In this document: piece by piece, positions 25,668 through 36,713 of the stretch
How the letters are laid out: every line of letters begins with the position of its first letter
How positions within the stretch are numbered: the first letter of the stretch is position 1
Assembly (NCBI RefSeq): GCF_964355755.1
Contig: NC_092676.1
Span: 14,836,871 to 14,900,870, forward strand
Direction: 5' to 3'
From: Antedon mediterranea
Taxonomy: Eukaryota; Animalia; Echinodermata
Length of the DNA: 64,000 bases
Position numbers and translations under genes: made by a program
Notes under the pieces: generated by a model
The model's input: only the letters and a program-made list of their open reading frames with translations
Databases searched by the model: none
What the model was told of the DNA's origin: nothing

Positions 25668-27462
25668 ATTATTATTATTATTATTATTTATTGCCAAAAA
25701 CCAGTTACAAACAAACAAAACACAGAAACTAAGGGAGTAGGCAGGAACCTAAAAGTGAACCTAATCACTATAACAAGAGTTCAGGTTCCGTACTCCCAAA
25801 GTAACAACAATGATATAAAATAAACTATATAAAAATATTTAAAAAACAAATAGACGAATCAACAGTGTCAATATAAAATAAACGGATAAAATACATAATA
25901 GTCGATTCAACAAAGTCAATATAAAACATGTGATTTAAGTGAATTTAAAAATATTTGAAAACTGTCTAAAATTAAAGAATTTTTAATCATTTCCGGTAAT
26001 TCTTCCCACAACCTAGGGAATATATTAATAGCGGAATGATGAAGACAATTGGTTCGAGCATAGTGATGAATGAACTTAAGTGTATCAAGGTGACGGCCAT
26101 TAACAACTAAAGATTGACGAACACTACTACAATCAACCGTTCCAATAAGTGATTTACAAACAAAGGATAACAGAAGATAATTTCTTCGATTAGATAGTGT
26201 AGGCCAATTTAGCTTAGTGAGACGTTCCTCGTATTCCATTTCACCTCTTGTTTGTTTAAGGACAAGCCTAGTAGCCCTTCGCTGGACTGCCTCGATACGT
26301 TCTGTAAGTTTTTTGGTTCGAGGCAACCACGCTGGGACACCATATTCAAGGATGGGGACAATGAGAGCTTTATAGAGTGAGAAAATAGCTGAAGGGGATG
26401 ATCCTCCTGCAATACTAGTAATAAAACCCAACATTCGATTTGAACGAGAAATAATTAAGTTTACATGGTCATCCCAAGTAAGTTCACTATTAATCGTGAC
26501 CCCCAGATGACAATGACTAGATACGGATTTAATAGGCAAGTCATTTATACGATAAACAGGTCTATACTCTTTCCTTGATCTTGTAATGTGGAGAACCTTG
26601 GTTTTATTTAAGTTAAGCTCCATTTCATTTAGATCACACCAAGAGGAAAGCCTGATCAGATCGCACTGAAGAACAACTTCATCGTCTACAGTAAATATAT
26701 TTCTATAAATTATCGTTTCATCGGCAAACAATGCACATGGAGAAATAATAGATGAGGGAAGGTCATTTATAAATAAGTTAAAAATAAGGGGTCCAAGTAC
26801 GCTGCCCTGTGGTATGCCAGAGGTAACTGGGGATGATGGGGTAATGGATCCTTGATACAAGACTCTTTGGGAACGTCCCAATAGAAATGACTTGATCCAT
26901 TTCCAGACATTGCCTCTGATATTAAAGTGGCTAGCCAGCTTATTTAAAATAATATGGTGAGGCAGTTTATCAAACGCTTTGGCATAGTCGAGAAAGATAA
27001 CATCAATTCTGGGGGCTTTAGTTTTATCTAGCGAAGATGCCCAGGAATGAGTTAGGTTGGTAAGTTGGGTAACACAGGAACGTGAGGGGAAAAAACCGTG
27101 CTGGACATCAGTAATTGGACAATTATAAGCAACGTGATCAGATATACTTGAAAACAGTATTTTTTCAAGCAGTTTCGAACAAATAGGGGTAAGGGATATT
27201 GGTCTGTAATTACAAATTGCATTTTTATCACCAGATTTAAATATAGGAGTGATATGGGACATTTTCCACTTAGCGGGGATTTCCCCCATACGCAGGGACA
27301 AGTTAAACAAATTAAATAATGGTGGAGCAATAAATTCGGAAGCAGATTTCAATATGTATGGATGCACGGAATCAGGACCTGGAGATCTATTAGATGAAAG
27401 TCCATTAATCACCTTCTCAACATTGTAGACGTTAAAGTTAAGTTGAGAAAGTTCAGGGAATA
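25668..27462 (-). mobile_element. 5'-truncated CR1-group LINE with open RT ORF
   Basis: 521-aa ORF with YRPISLT, LDYAKAFD, GIPQGSVLGP, FADE; (TAA)n tail. Confidence 0.93.
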
Positions 27463-27485
27463 TATATATATATATACACATACCA

Positions 27486-27900
27486 AACCGGGCGATTTAG
27501 AATTAATGTTCTTTGCCTGATTTGTTTATATATATAAAAGTATCTCTTCGGAGATCCCGCCTCGTGAATAAAAATACTGTAAGATGAGGGCGTATCAATT
27601 TGATCTCTGGTGCGCGTGCGTACAACTTAGCACTAGTGCTGTTCCGCCGTACCACGCCGAGAATGTTAAAGAGTCGCTATCCAATCGAGTTCGAACAATA
27701 CCATGAAAGCCCCAGTGGTCTAATGGTTAGGACATCTGCATATCAAGCAGACGGTCCGAGTTCGAGTCTCGGTTGGGGCGACTTTTTCTCATTCTCACAG
27801 ATTTCCTCATCTTTATCGTTTCAAATTAATTAATTAAATTTCAGTATATCACCGGGCGGTTTAGAATTAATGTTCTTTGCCTGATTTGTTTATATATATA
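27486..27900 (+). mobile_element. tRNA-containing SINE-like element with directly repeated tail
   Basis: ccgggcg(g/a)tttagaattaatgttctttgcctgatttgttt(at)n at both ends; tail also at ~25627 and inverted at ~29793-29873. Confidence 0.6.
27709..27780 (+). tRNA. tRNA-like cloverleaf (anticodon ATC) inside a dispersed repeat; probably TE-borne rather than a translating tRNA
   Basis: All four stems pair (GCCCCAG/TTGGGGC, GTCT/GGAC, TCTGC/GCAGA, CCGAG/CTCGG), A and B boxes, TTTTT at 27783-27787. Confidence 0.55.
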
Positions 27901-27906
27901 TTATAT

Positions 27907-28078
27907 ATATAAATCCTAAGGCAAATTACTGAAAAAATGACAATGCTGTGGGTATCAGTGGCTGGATCTCAATGGAGATACAAAATAAAAGCGAAAAGCT
28001 AAATCAAAACGAGAGGTAAAACAGCCAGAAAAGTTAGCAGAGCTTTCGGGCAACACTAGCCCTTCATCAGTGCAAGTG
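27907..28078 (-). mobile_element. Penelope-like pseudo-LTR repeat in (TA)n
   Basis: Same family; TA runs on both sides. Confidence 0.7.
28035..28075 (-). ncRNA. Minimal type I hammerhead ribozyme motif
   Basis: Reverse complement matches the 18374-18414 motif. Confidence 0.8.
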
Positions 28079-28229
28079 CATATATATAAATTAATTTGAA
28101 ATTTAATTAATTAATTTGAAACGATAAAGATGAGGAAATCTGTGAGACTCGAGACTCGAACTCGAGACTCGAACTCGGACCGCCTGCTTGATATGATTTC
28201 CTCATCTTTATCGTTTCAAATTATATATA

Positions 28230-29780
28230 CTAGATGGCACGCTCGCTTCGCTCGCGTACCATCTAGGTCGTGCCCACAGATGGTTCTCGAATACACAGTA
28301 TTTCCAGCGAGAAAAAAATGGAGATTTCAAATGTACGTACTGCAGGACTATAATACATTGTCGTTTGCAGAAACGAATAAATATACACAATGATTTATGT
28401 AGTCAACCAAAATTAGCACCATGAGAATTACTTCCGAGAGAGAAACAAAATGAGTCAATTTTTTTTTATTTGGACTCATTTAAACAAACCCAATTTGTGT
28501 TTTGTATGTAACATTAAGGGTTGAGGGATGGGGGAAGAAGATAGGTACAAAGAGGAAACATTTTAAAATATATTCTTATCCACTCGTAACGAAATATTGT
28601 TTTTAATGTTTTATAGGCCTATAAATAATATACCACTAAATACAGTAAAACATTTACGATTTAATACGGTACTTTGTTAAAACTCTCACTGTCATAGTCG
28701 ATTGAAATAGTAAAGTACGTAGCGATACACCACTACGACGTTTATATATTTTTTAATTATTAATTAATACAAACGTTGAGAAGCAACTGTCAGTAATAAC
28801 GTTTATTTATTTGTATATTATATGTTTATAATCTAACAGTAGGGCCTACCCACACTCACAGTAATAAAGTTTATTTGTATATATTTTTATATTACATCTA
28901 ACAGTACCAACACTCACAGTAAGAAATTTGCAAATTGCGATCAAAAGTGGTTAATACCTTAACAGTATTGTACAGCATTGCAATACTATTTATGTTTATT
29001 CTCCAAGGGGGCCCATAAATCTAAATCTATACCTCTATGGTTAAACCAAATAATTTGGAATGTTTATTTGTATATTATATGTTTATAATCTAACAGTAGG
29101 GCCTACCCACACTCACAGTAATAAAGTTTATTTGTATATATTTTTATATTACATCTAACAGTACCAACACTCACAGTAAGAAATTTGCGATTCAAATTGC
29201 GATCAAAAGTGGTTAATACCTTAACAGTATTGTACAGCATTGCAATACTATTTATGTTTATTCTCCAAGGGGGCCCATAAATCTAAATCTATACCTGTAT
29301 GGTTAAACCAAATAATTTGGAATGTTCCATTCACCACAAATCAATACATTTGTAAAAACGTATATTAAATGTATCAAAATAGTATTTTTTAAAGAAAATC
29401 GGCCTGTCTTCAACATTATGATGCTGTACTCGAACTGTTCAACCGGTTTTCAACTATTAAAAACAATTATCGTAGGAGGAGATAGGAAAATGCGAAGCCT
29501 CCTCGCATTTTTGTGGCGGGTATTTTTCAAGATGGACATCCATTAGACAGTGTATACCACGATCGGAAAACACCCCTATTTGGGGCAAATCGTTGAACCT
29601 AAATTCGTTTTAATCGTCAATAACTAATTATCTAACTTAATTTAATTAGTAAACAGGGTTACATCAGGCGGTTAAAATCAGTACCGAAAGTACGAACCAA
29701 CTTTATATACCATCGAGTAAAAATTCTAGAAGTAAGGCGCGATTTACCGAATTTTGCCCTTACGTAAATTTATATATAGA
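28230..29780 (-). mobile_element. Non-autonomous Helitron
   Basis: Minus strand 5'-TC, 3' hairpin (28230-28266) ending CTAG, A|T insertion site, no TSD; internal ~260-bp tandem duplication. Confidence 0.85.
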
Positions 29781-31689
29781 TATATAGATATATATAAACA
29801 CATTAGGCAATGAACATTAATTCTAAACCGCCCGGTGATATACTGAAATTTAATTGATTAATTTGAAACGATATACTTATATATATATATATATAAAGTA
29901 TATTTTATGCAAGTAAATAAACTAATTAATTTAATGTATGTAAATGTAAAGAGTGCAAATAAAACAGAAAAGGGAAAAGGGAAAAACACTAAAAAGAAGA
30001 GTTAACGGAACACATTGAGAATGCTAATGCTAACAAATAGTTATTGAGTTATTTTTTATTCTCTTTATATTTATTGATATTGATTCAATTTGTAGGTAAT
30101 GTAAATGTATGAATGATCTTTTGCAGAGATTTTTATGTTTGTGATGTAAGGGGAAACTTAATATTTAAATATTTGAATAATATACACAAACATAATCACA
30201 AAACACTAAAAAAAGACGACATGCTATATTGTAGATCCAGCCGATTGTTGCATTGTACCGTGCTATGTATAGCGACAGCAAACGAGACTGATGTATTATT
30301 CTATACCTTTAATGAGTCATATAATACCAATCAATACATAAAATCGTATAGTATATATTTGATATTTTCATAATTATCAGACATCAGAAAGTTGATAGGT
30401 CTAACTAATATAAACAATCATAATTAATCTTATATGTATATGTTTGTCCTTATCGAAGGATAACACCGACTGATTTTCTACATAATTGATTTAAGAAAAC
30501 ACTAAAATAACCCTTATAATATTTAAATCGCTGTCAAATTATATGCTTAAAAACCAGCTATTGACAAAAATGTAGTCAATCAAACCGACAATCTTTAAAG
30601 GTTTATAGTTCATGAAAATAAATCGAATTGATCATAATGTATGACGAAAAAAATATCGTGAGGTTGCACATTACCTACGTGCTGCGCATCAACGCGCCTT
30701 GTTTACGTCAAGATTGTGGAATCAAACTAAAAAGCTTATGACCTGTATTATGGGAAATAATAATTGCAAGCTTTTTTAGCTAACCAGCAGATTTATACAA
30801 TGACAATAGGAGATCTTTTAATAATAAATATATATTACTCTAATGGCTTTCCTGATAATCTTAAGTAAAGTTAAATTTCAATATCTATTGCACTCCGTAT
30901 ATCATCAGAGCCAGCAGCAAATATCTGGATCTCTGTGCAATAATAAAATGCTTTAACATAATGGCGAAACCATTGTGAAAAATGGTATGCGTTATAAACC
31001 AAATCAGACATAATATACTCCAACAAGTGCATACGTACTGCGTACTGAGTGTTACGTTATAATTATCGTCATGATGCAATCAATAATCGTACTTCGACGC
31101 TTGATATTGACTTAATTGTACTGTTTTCTAAAGCATCCGGTGTATTAACTCCCACATTTCTAATAATATGTTACACCTCACAAGAATATCCACTACGCTA
31201 TCGACCATTATGATAATTGAAGTGTCATCTAATAAACATAATTATACTGCAACTTAACCATTATCGGCGAATTACCGTATAGCCTATGATATTGAACACA
31301 ATATAAATGCTGCACTACATTTTCTGTAGTATTCTAAAACAATATTTTAAGCATGGATAAGGCAAAATCTATGTTCAATCATTTTTGTTTTTCCCTTGTT
31401 TACTTTCTCCTCAGCACATTTTTCTATCATGAATCCATATGATAATACAATACAAACATTGGAATTAAATTATAAAAAACAAGTAAATGTTTTAATTGTT
31501 ATAAAACGTTCACTTCGGTCGTTTTTTTTTCTAGTGTTTTCTTGCCATGGTTAGCAAGTATGATAGTATTGAGTTTATTTTGTTCAGCAATTACTCTTTG
31601 CATTTACTTCTTGTAGTCCCGTTTGTAATATCCTGGCATTTTCAGGCTTCAAGTAATGTGTATTTTTCGCCAACATTATTTTCAGAGAA

Positions 31690-32270
31690 TAGGGCATTGC
31701 TTACCAACAGAACGCTCCACCTACAAACAAGAATGATGTTTCTTAATGGTCTAGTTAGGAGTAGACTCACCTATGGTTGCCATGCTTGGAGGGCAACAGG
31801 AAGTGAAATGTCCAAACTTAGCACAACATACAAAACCTTCCTAAGAAGAATGCTAGTGAATGGCTTTCAAAGGGTCTGCCCACCAAACCATGTAGACATA
31901 TCCTCAGATGAAGAAACAGATGAAAACTATATAGACTGGCGTTACGTAATTGCAAATGACGATCTCTACAAAATTACTATCTGTCAACCGCTAGAAGAAT
32001 ATGTCTACAAGAAACAATTCAACTGGATCGGACATGTAATTAGAAAAGAAAATGAAGATCCTACAAAAATTCTTACTTTTCACACAACACAAAGTAAACG
32101 GAGAGGTCGGAAGATACCATCAGTACTTGATAGAGTTGTTCAACAAAGTCAACTTACTAGATGCAACTTATTGGAGCCTGCTTCAACAGAAATTTATAAT
32201 TCCCAGCAATGTTTTAACTGTATCTATGAACTGTTTTATAAGTTTTTTTGTGACTGTGCAATTTGGTAGT
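31690..32270 (+). mobile_element. RTE-like LINE 3' fragment
   Basis: LVRSRLTYGCHAW...WIGHVIRK...RRGR. Confidence 0.7.
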
Positions 32271-32641
32271 AGTCACTCTGATACTATACATTTAAAAGTA
32301 ACAAATCCAAATGCCAACTTTAAGTCAATGGCTACCAGATGTCTCTGTGAGACGGTTATTTGTCCCAGTACCAGTACATTATTATTTATTATGCAGCTTG
32401 AGTTAGTCAGTGTCAAGGTTTCACATACATGCATAAATACGATATAGAAAGATTAGTGTTAACCAAGCGTACTTTGGTGGCTTTAGTTATTCCGCTATCT
32501 GTCCATATTTTGAGTTGTGTCATAGCTGTTCTGGCCATGTAAACGTCTTATTTCCACTTTCATTAGTGATGAGTGACCCAAGAAATTTGAAATGCTGTAC
32601 CTTGGTTTCGGTTATTACATATATTCTCCACACACACATAA

Positions 32642-32720
32642 TAATGATGATGATTATGATGGTGATGATGATGATGACGAACGATGATGATGATAATAAT
32701 ATTGATAATGATAATAACGA
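32642..32720. repeat. (ATG/ATA)n microsatellite
   Basis: Direct reading. Confidence 0.9.
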
Positions 32721-34538
32721 TTATTTATTAATTTTAATTAATTTAATTTAACCGTTTATTTTGTCTTTTTACAAGTGAAAACATTGTTTTTTAGGAGTTT
32801 TTTTTATACGGAAGTGAAGTTTATTAAAACTGCGAAATGGCCTATTCAAAATCTGTTTTTTAATTAATCTTTTTTTATGATTTTGTGGGACAATACAAAG
32901 AAATAATAATAATCATAAATAATATAACCATTAGTAAGTCACATAACTAGACGTACAACTGTCTTCTGCTTGAAGGGATCTACAGTCGTGTTTGGTAAGT
33001 TTAAGAATTTTAGCGCTTGACCTTTGTAGTTATACTTGTTTTATTGTATGATGCCTATGTAAATATGTATCTACTACTAGTATAATTATTTGTGTATATT
33101 GCCTTTCCAATGATGAACAATATTTGCGTATTTAGTCTGCCATCTCTTTTTTCAAAATGACTTGTATTTCAGTGTTTTACAATCAACTGCATTCTTGATT
33201 TTTACGTAACTCAGTTTGATCATGCCTAACGATTATAATTTAAAGAAAAAATTACAAAAAAGGTATTTTATTTTGAAATGCTAACAAGTCTTATTTCTTC
33301 TTTATTCATCAATAGCAATAGCAAATTGGAGCAAACAAAATAGCTTTCGCTAGTTGAAGGTTGGCACCATACTAACAAATACATTTACTTCGAAGAATAA
33401 CACTGAAATAACAACAGATATAAATGAAATTAACATACAGTAATAAAGGACATAAAAAAAAAACAACAAAACAAATGGGCTACCATAACTCAGTATCTTG
33501 ATAATAAAAGTTCTGTTATATTTTTAACAAAATTATTTTTAGTCTTAATATTCTTTATATCTAAAGGCAGTTGTGCCATTGATTGAAGCGGAACAAAATT
33601 AAGAACACATAGTTCGTATAATCAGGTCTTCCCTGGTATAATTTATGTAGGCCTACATCTAAAGTATTACACGGCTGAAGATGACGCAGTAAATAATATA
33701 CGTGGTGTACCGCAAACTTTATATATTGTTATTATTAAAATAAATAACTGACATATCTAACGGCACTAGCACTAGCTATAGTTAATTAAAAAGGTGAGTT
33801 TTTAAAGCTGATTTTAACATTTAAACCATTATAAAAATATGTACCGGTAGTTTTCGGGTTTTGTTTATTTATTAGGACAACTGATTCTATTTTGTTTAAA
33901 ATTATTTTTGTTTTACATCATGTTTTCGAGTTTTGTTTATTGAGCAAACCAAATACATGGATATGTGTGATTGGATGCTTTTAATTAATTGATTTTCATA
34001 ACCGAGACAATTGTTGACTTGACCAAATACTATTAGGAACAAACAAATCACTTACGCGTCAAATACATTTCAGGGGAGGAAGGGTTAGGAAATATTTGTA
34101 GGCTTAATGTAGGCTACTACTCTATTTTAGTAGGTCATTGATTCATGCTACCATTCTCTAACACCAGCTCTTAAAAACATGAACAAAATGAATCAATAAT
34201 ATACAACTTCAAGAAAACCAATACAATAATACTGGTACGCTTGCGACAAAAAATATTGAATGATGCAATTTTAAAGGAATTTTTAGTTGTTTTTTTTTGT
34301 CATTAACAAACCATGGGGAGTGGGGTGACGCTTAACGCTTAAGTAGGCCTACATATATAAATGTGTACAGAATACAAGTCAGAAAGATAGCGGCGTAGGC
34401 CTACGGTTGCTCAACAACACCCCGCCGCTGAGAGTACCCTCTTTAATACATTATATATATATATCATAGATGGACAAAAGAAATGCACGTTAAAATATTT
34501 TGCTAAATACAAACGCAGTAAGACAATATTTGGCCTAC

Positions 34539-34766
34539 CTCCGTGTCATTCCAAATTGCTCGTAATTCGTAACCATTTAAAAGCGCTTTGCTTTTCTTTA
34601 TGTGTTCCAGGGCCAGTTCAACTGCAGGTAAAATCCCATTCCCAACACCTTCCATAGAGCCAGAAAAAGGCGAGAGTCCAGCAAAATAAAGAACCTTATC
34701 ATCACTGGCTTCAATTCTGTACAACAAAGTTAAAGATAACACGGTACTTATCCACAGACTAATCAT
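34539..34766 (-). CDS. GABBR2: GABA-B receptor subunit 2, exon 1 (signal peptide + start of Venus flytrap domain)
   Basis: MISLWISTVLSLTLLYRIEAS...GILPAVELALEHI...WNDTE; GT donor at 34538-34537; 228 nt, phase 0. Confidence 0.9.
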
Positions 34767-35068
34767 TATGCTAAATCAATAAAAAATGGTTGCAAAATCC
34801 TTCTCCTCCTTCCTCTAGCCTGTGTACTTAAATTATCAGTATTAAGAACGTTGTGTCACTTTCGGTAAAGAACGTGAATAACTACAATAGACTCTATATT
34901 ATACAGCACCAAGTATAATATTAGAAATTTAATTACAGAAATCCAATACGCAAAGATGTCTTTTAGATTTCAATAATTGAACGCAAATGCGTAGTTGTTA
35001 CTCGATCGGTGCATCTTTGAGTAATCGAATAATTTTCGAAGAATTGAGGGCAGCAAAATTATTCAAGC

Positions 35069-35307
35069 TATTTGTCGTATTCGATTTAGACTTTCACCGT
35101 TGAGTTGAGTACAGTTTTTCCGTTGAGTACTTCTTTAACGGAGTATTTTGAGCGTTGAGATTGTTCTTAACGAAAAAGCTTTCGTTGTCAACGTTTTCTA
35201 TTTGAATGACTTTCTGTTGAGCACAAATTTACAATTCGAATACAAAAAGTACTCAACGAATCTTTACGCTGACAACGAAAGTTCCCAATCGAATACAACA
35301 AAGGAGT
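35069..35307. mobile_element. Small MITE ~300 bp upstream of the GABBR2 ATG
   Basis: tttgtcgtattcgatt / aatcgaatacaacaaa inverted ends; internal gttgag repeats. Confidence 0.55.
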
Positions 35308-35687
35308 AGATAGGCGATGATTTTGAGAAAGCAGGTGTTACCCCATTTTCATAGATTTGCTATTTAAATTTAAAGATGTATCCGTCACCGGTTTCCTGTA
35401 ACATCTATTTCACAAGTATTCGATCGGAATCGGTTTCCTGTTTCCTGATAAATCTATGTAATCTAGCAAAACTAGAATTATTACGTCGTTTTTTTTAAAT
35501 TTTACTGAAGTTCACTTTACTACATTCTCAGAAAATCATCACGATATCATTCTTCGTCATTATTTTGGTAAACTTTCGAAATCTTATAACGTCATACTCG
35601 TACTCATGTCAAAGAACGAATACCTGCGCCCTTCCTTCTTCCCTCCCTCTACCCTCCCTTCCCTCTGCATACAATTTGTTATAAAGG

Positions 35688-36020
35688 CCAGTTGGGAAAT
35701 ACCAACTTACCTGGTTGCAAAACCTGTTTTGGACCAGTTAATAAAACAATCAGTTGGAAAATCCAACTTAATTGCGCTTGAAAAACAAAATTTTACCAGA
35801 TGGGAAAAACCAGTTGACGTGATGGGAGAAAACAGTTGGAAAAAACAGTTGAAATAATCAATCAGTTGGACCAAATGAAAATCAGTTGGAAAAACGTCCA
35901 GCTGACCAGTTGAGAAAACCAGTTGGAAGAACCAACCAGTTTGACCAAATGAAAACCAGTTGGAAAAAACAGCTGACCAGTTGAGAAAACCAATTGAACC
36001 AATTGGAAATCAGTTGGACC
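35688..36020. repeat. Degenerate (aac)cagttgg array
   Basis: More than ten cagttg/cagctg/caattg units. Confidence 0.75.
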
Positions 36021-36109
36021 AATATAACATATAATTTAGGGGTCATTAGGGGTGAAATATGTCAAATTTGATATTAATTTTTTAGATATAACTTATGACT
36101 AATAGCTAT

Positions 36110-36713
36110 TTAAATTATCTATCTAATGTTTACATGCAACCATGGTATAGTTTTTGGGTGAAAATTGTTTTTACATTTTTATCAAAAATTAAAATTTTTC
36201 AATAATTATATTTTAGTAAAAACATAACTTAATGAAATATTTTTCAAACAAAGTTTTACAAATATTTTGCCCATAATATAGTCATGTAAAATTTACAATA
36301 TAAAAACTGAAACGTAATTTGGTATGGAATTACAGGTATTTAAATAGAAACACCCAAAATGTGAGGTCAAATAGGGAAAATTTGCTATTAATCACTTTAT
36401 CAAATAAAGTATCGTATAATAGCAATTATAATTATCTATCTAATGGTACCAAACATGATATGTTTACATGCAAAAATTGTTTTTTTTGTGAAAATGGTAA
36501 TTTTTGAATTTTTTATCCAAAATTAGGTCTACAATTTTTCAAGAATTTTATTTTTAGTAAAAATGAAACTTAATGACATATTTTTTAAAACATAGTTTTA
36601 CCAATATTTTGTCTATAATATAGTCATGTTAACTTTACAATGTCAAAAGTAAAACGTAATTTGGTACGGAATTACAGGAATTTAAATAGAAACATTCAAA
36701 ATTTGAGGTCAAA
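36110..36713. repeat. Diverged ~340-bp tandem duplication
   Basis: aacgtaatttggta(t/c)ggaattacagg...tgaggtcaaa present twice. Confidence 0.75.

Noticed and set aside
33672-33700. CTGAAGA as another hammerhead core
   Set aside because: No stem II-GAAA arrangement follows
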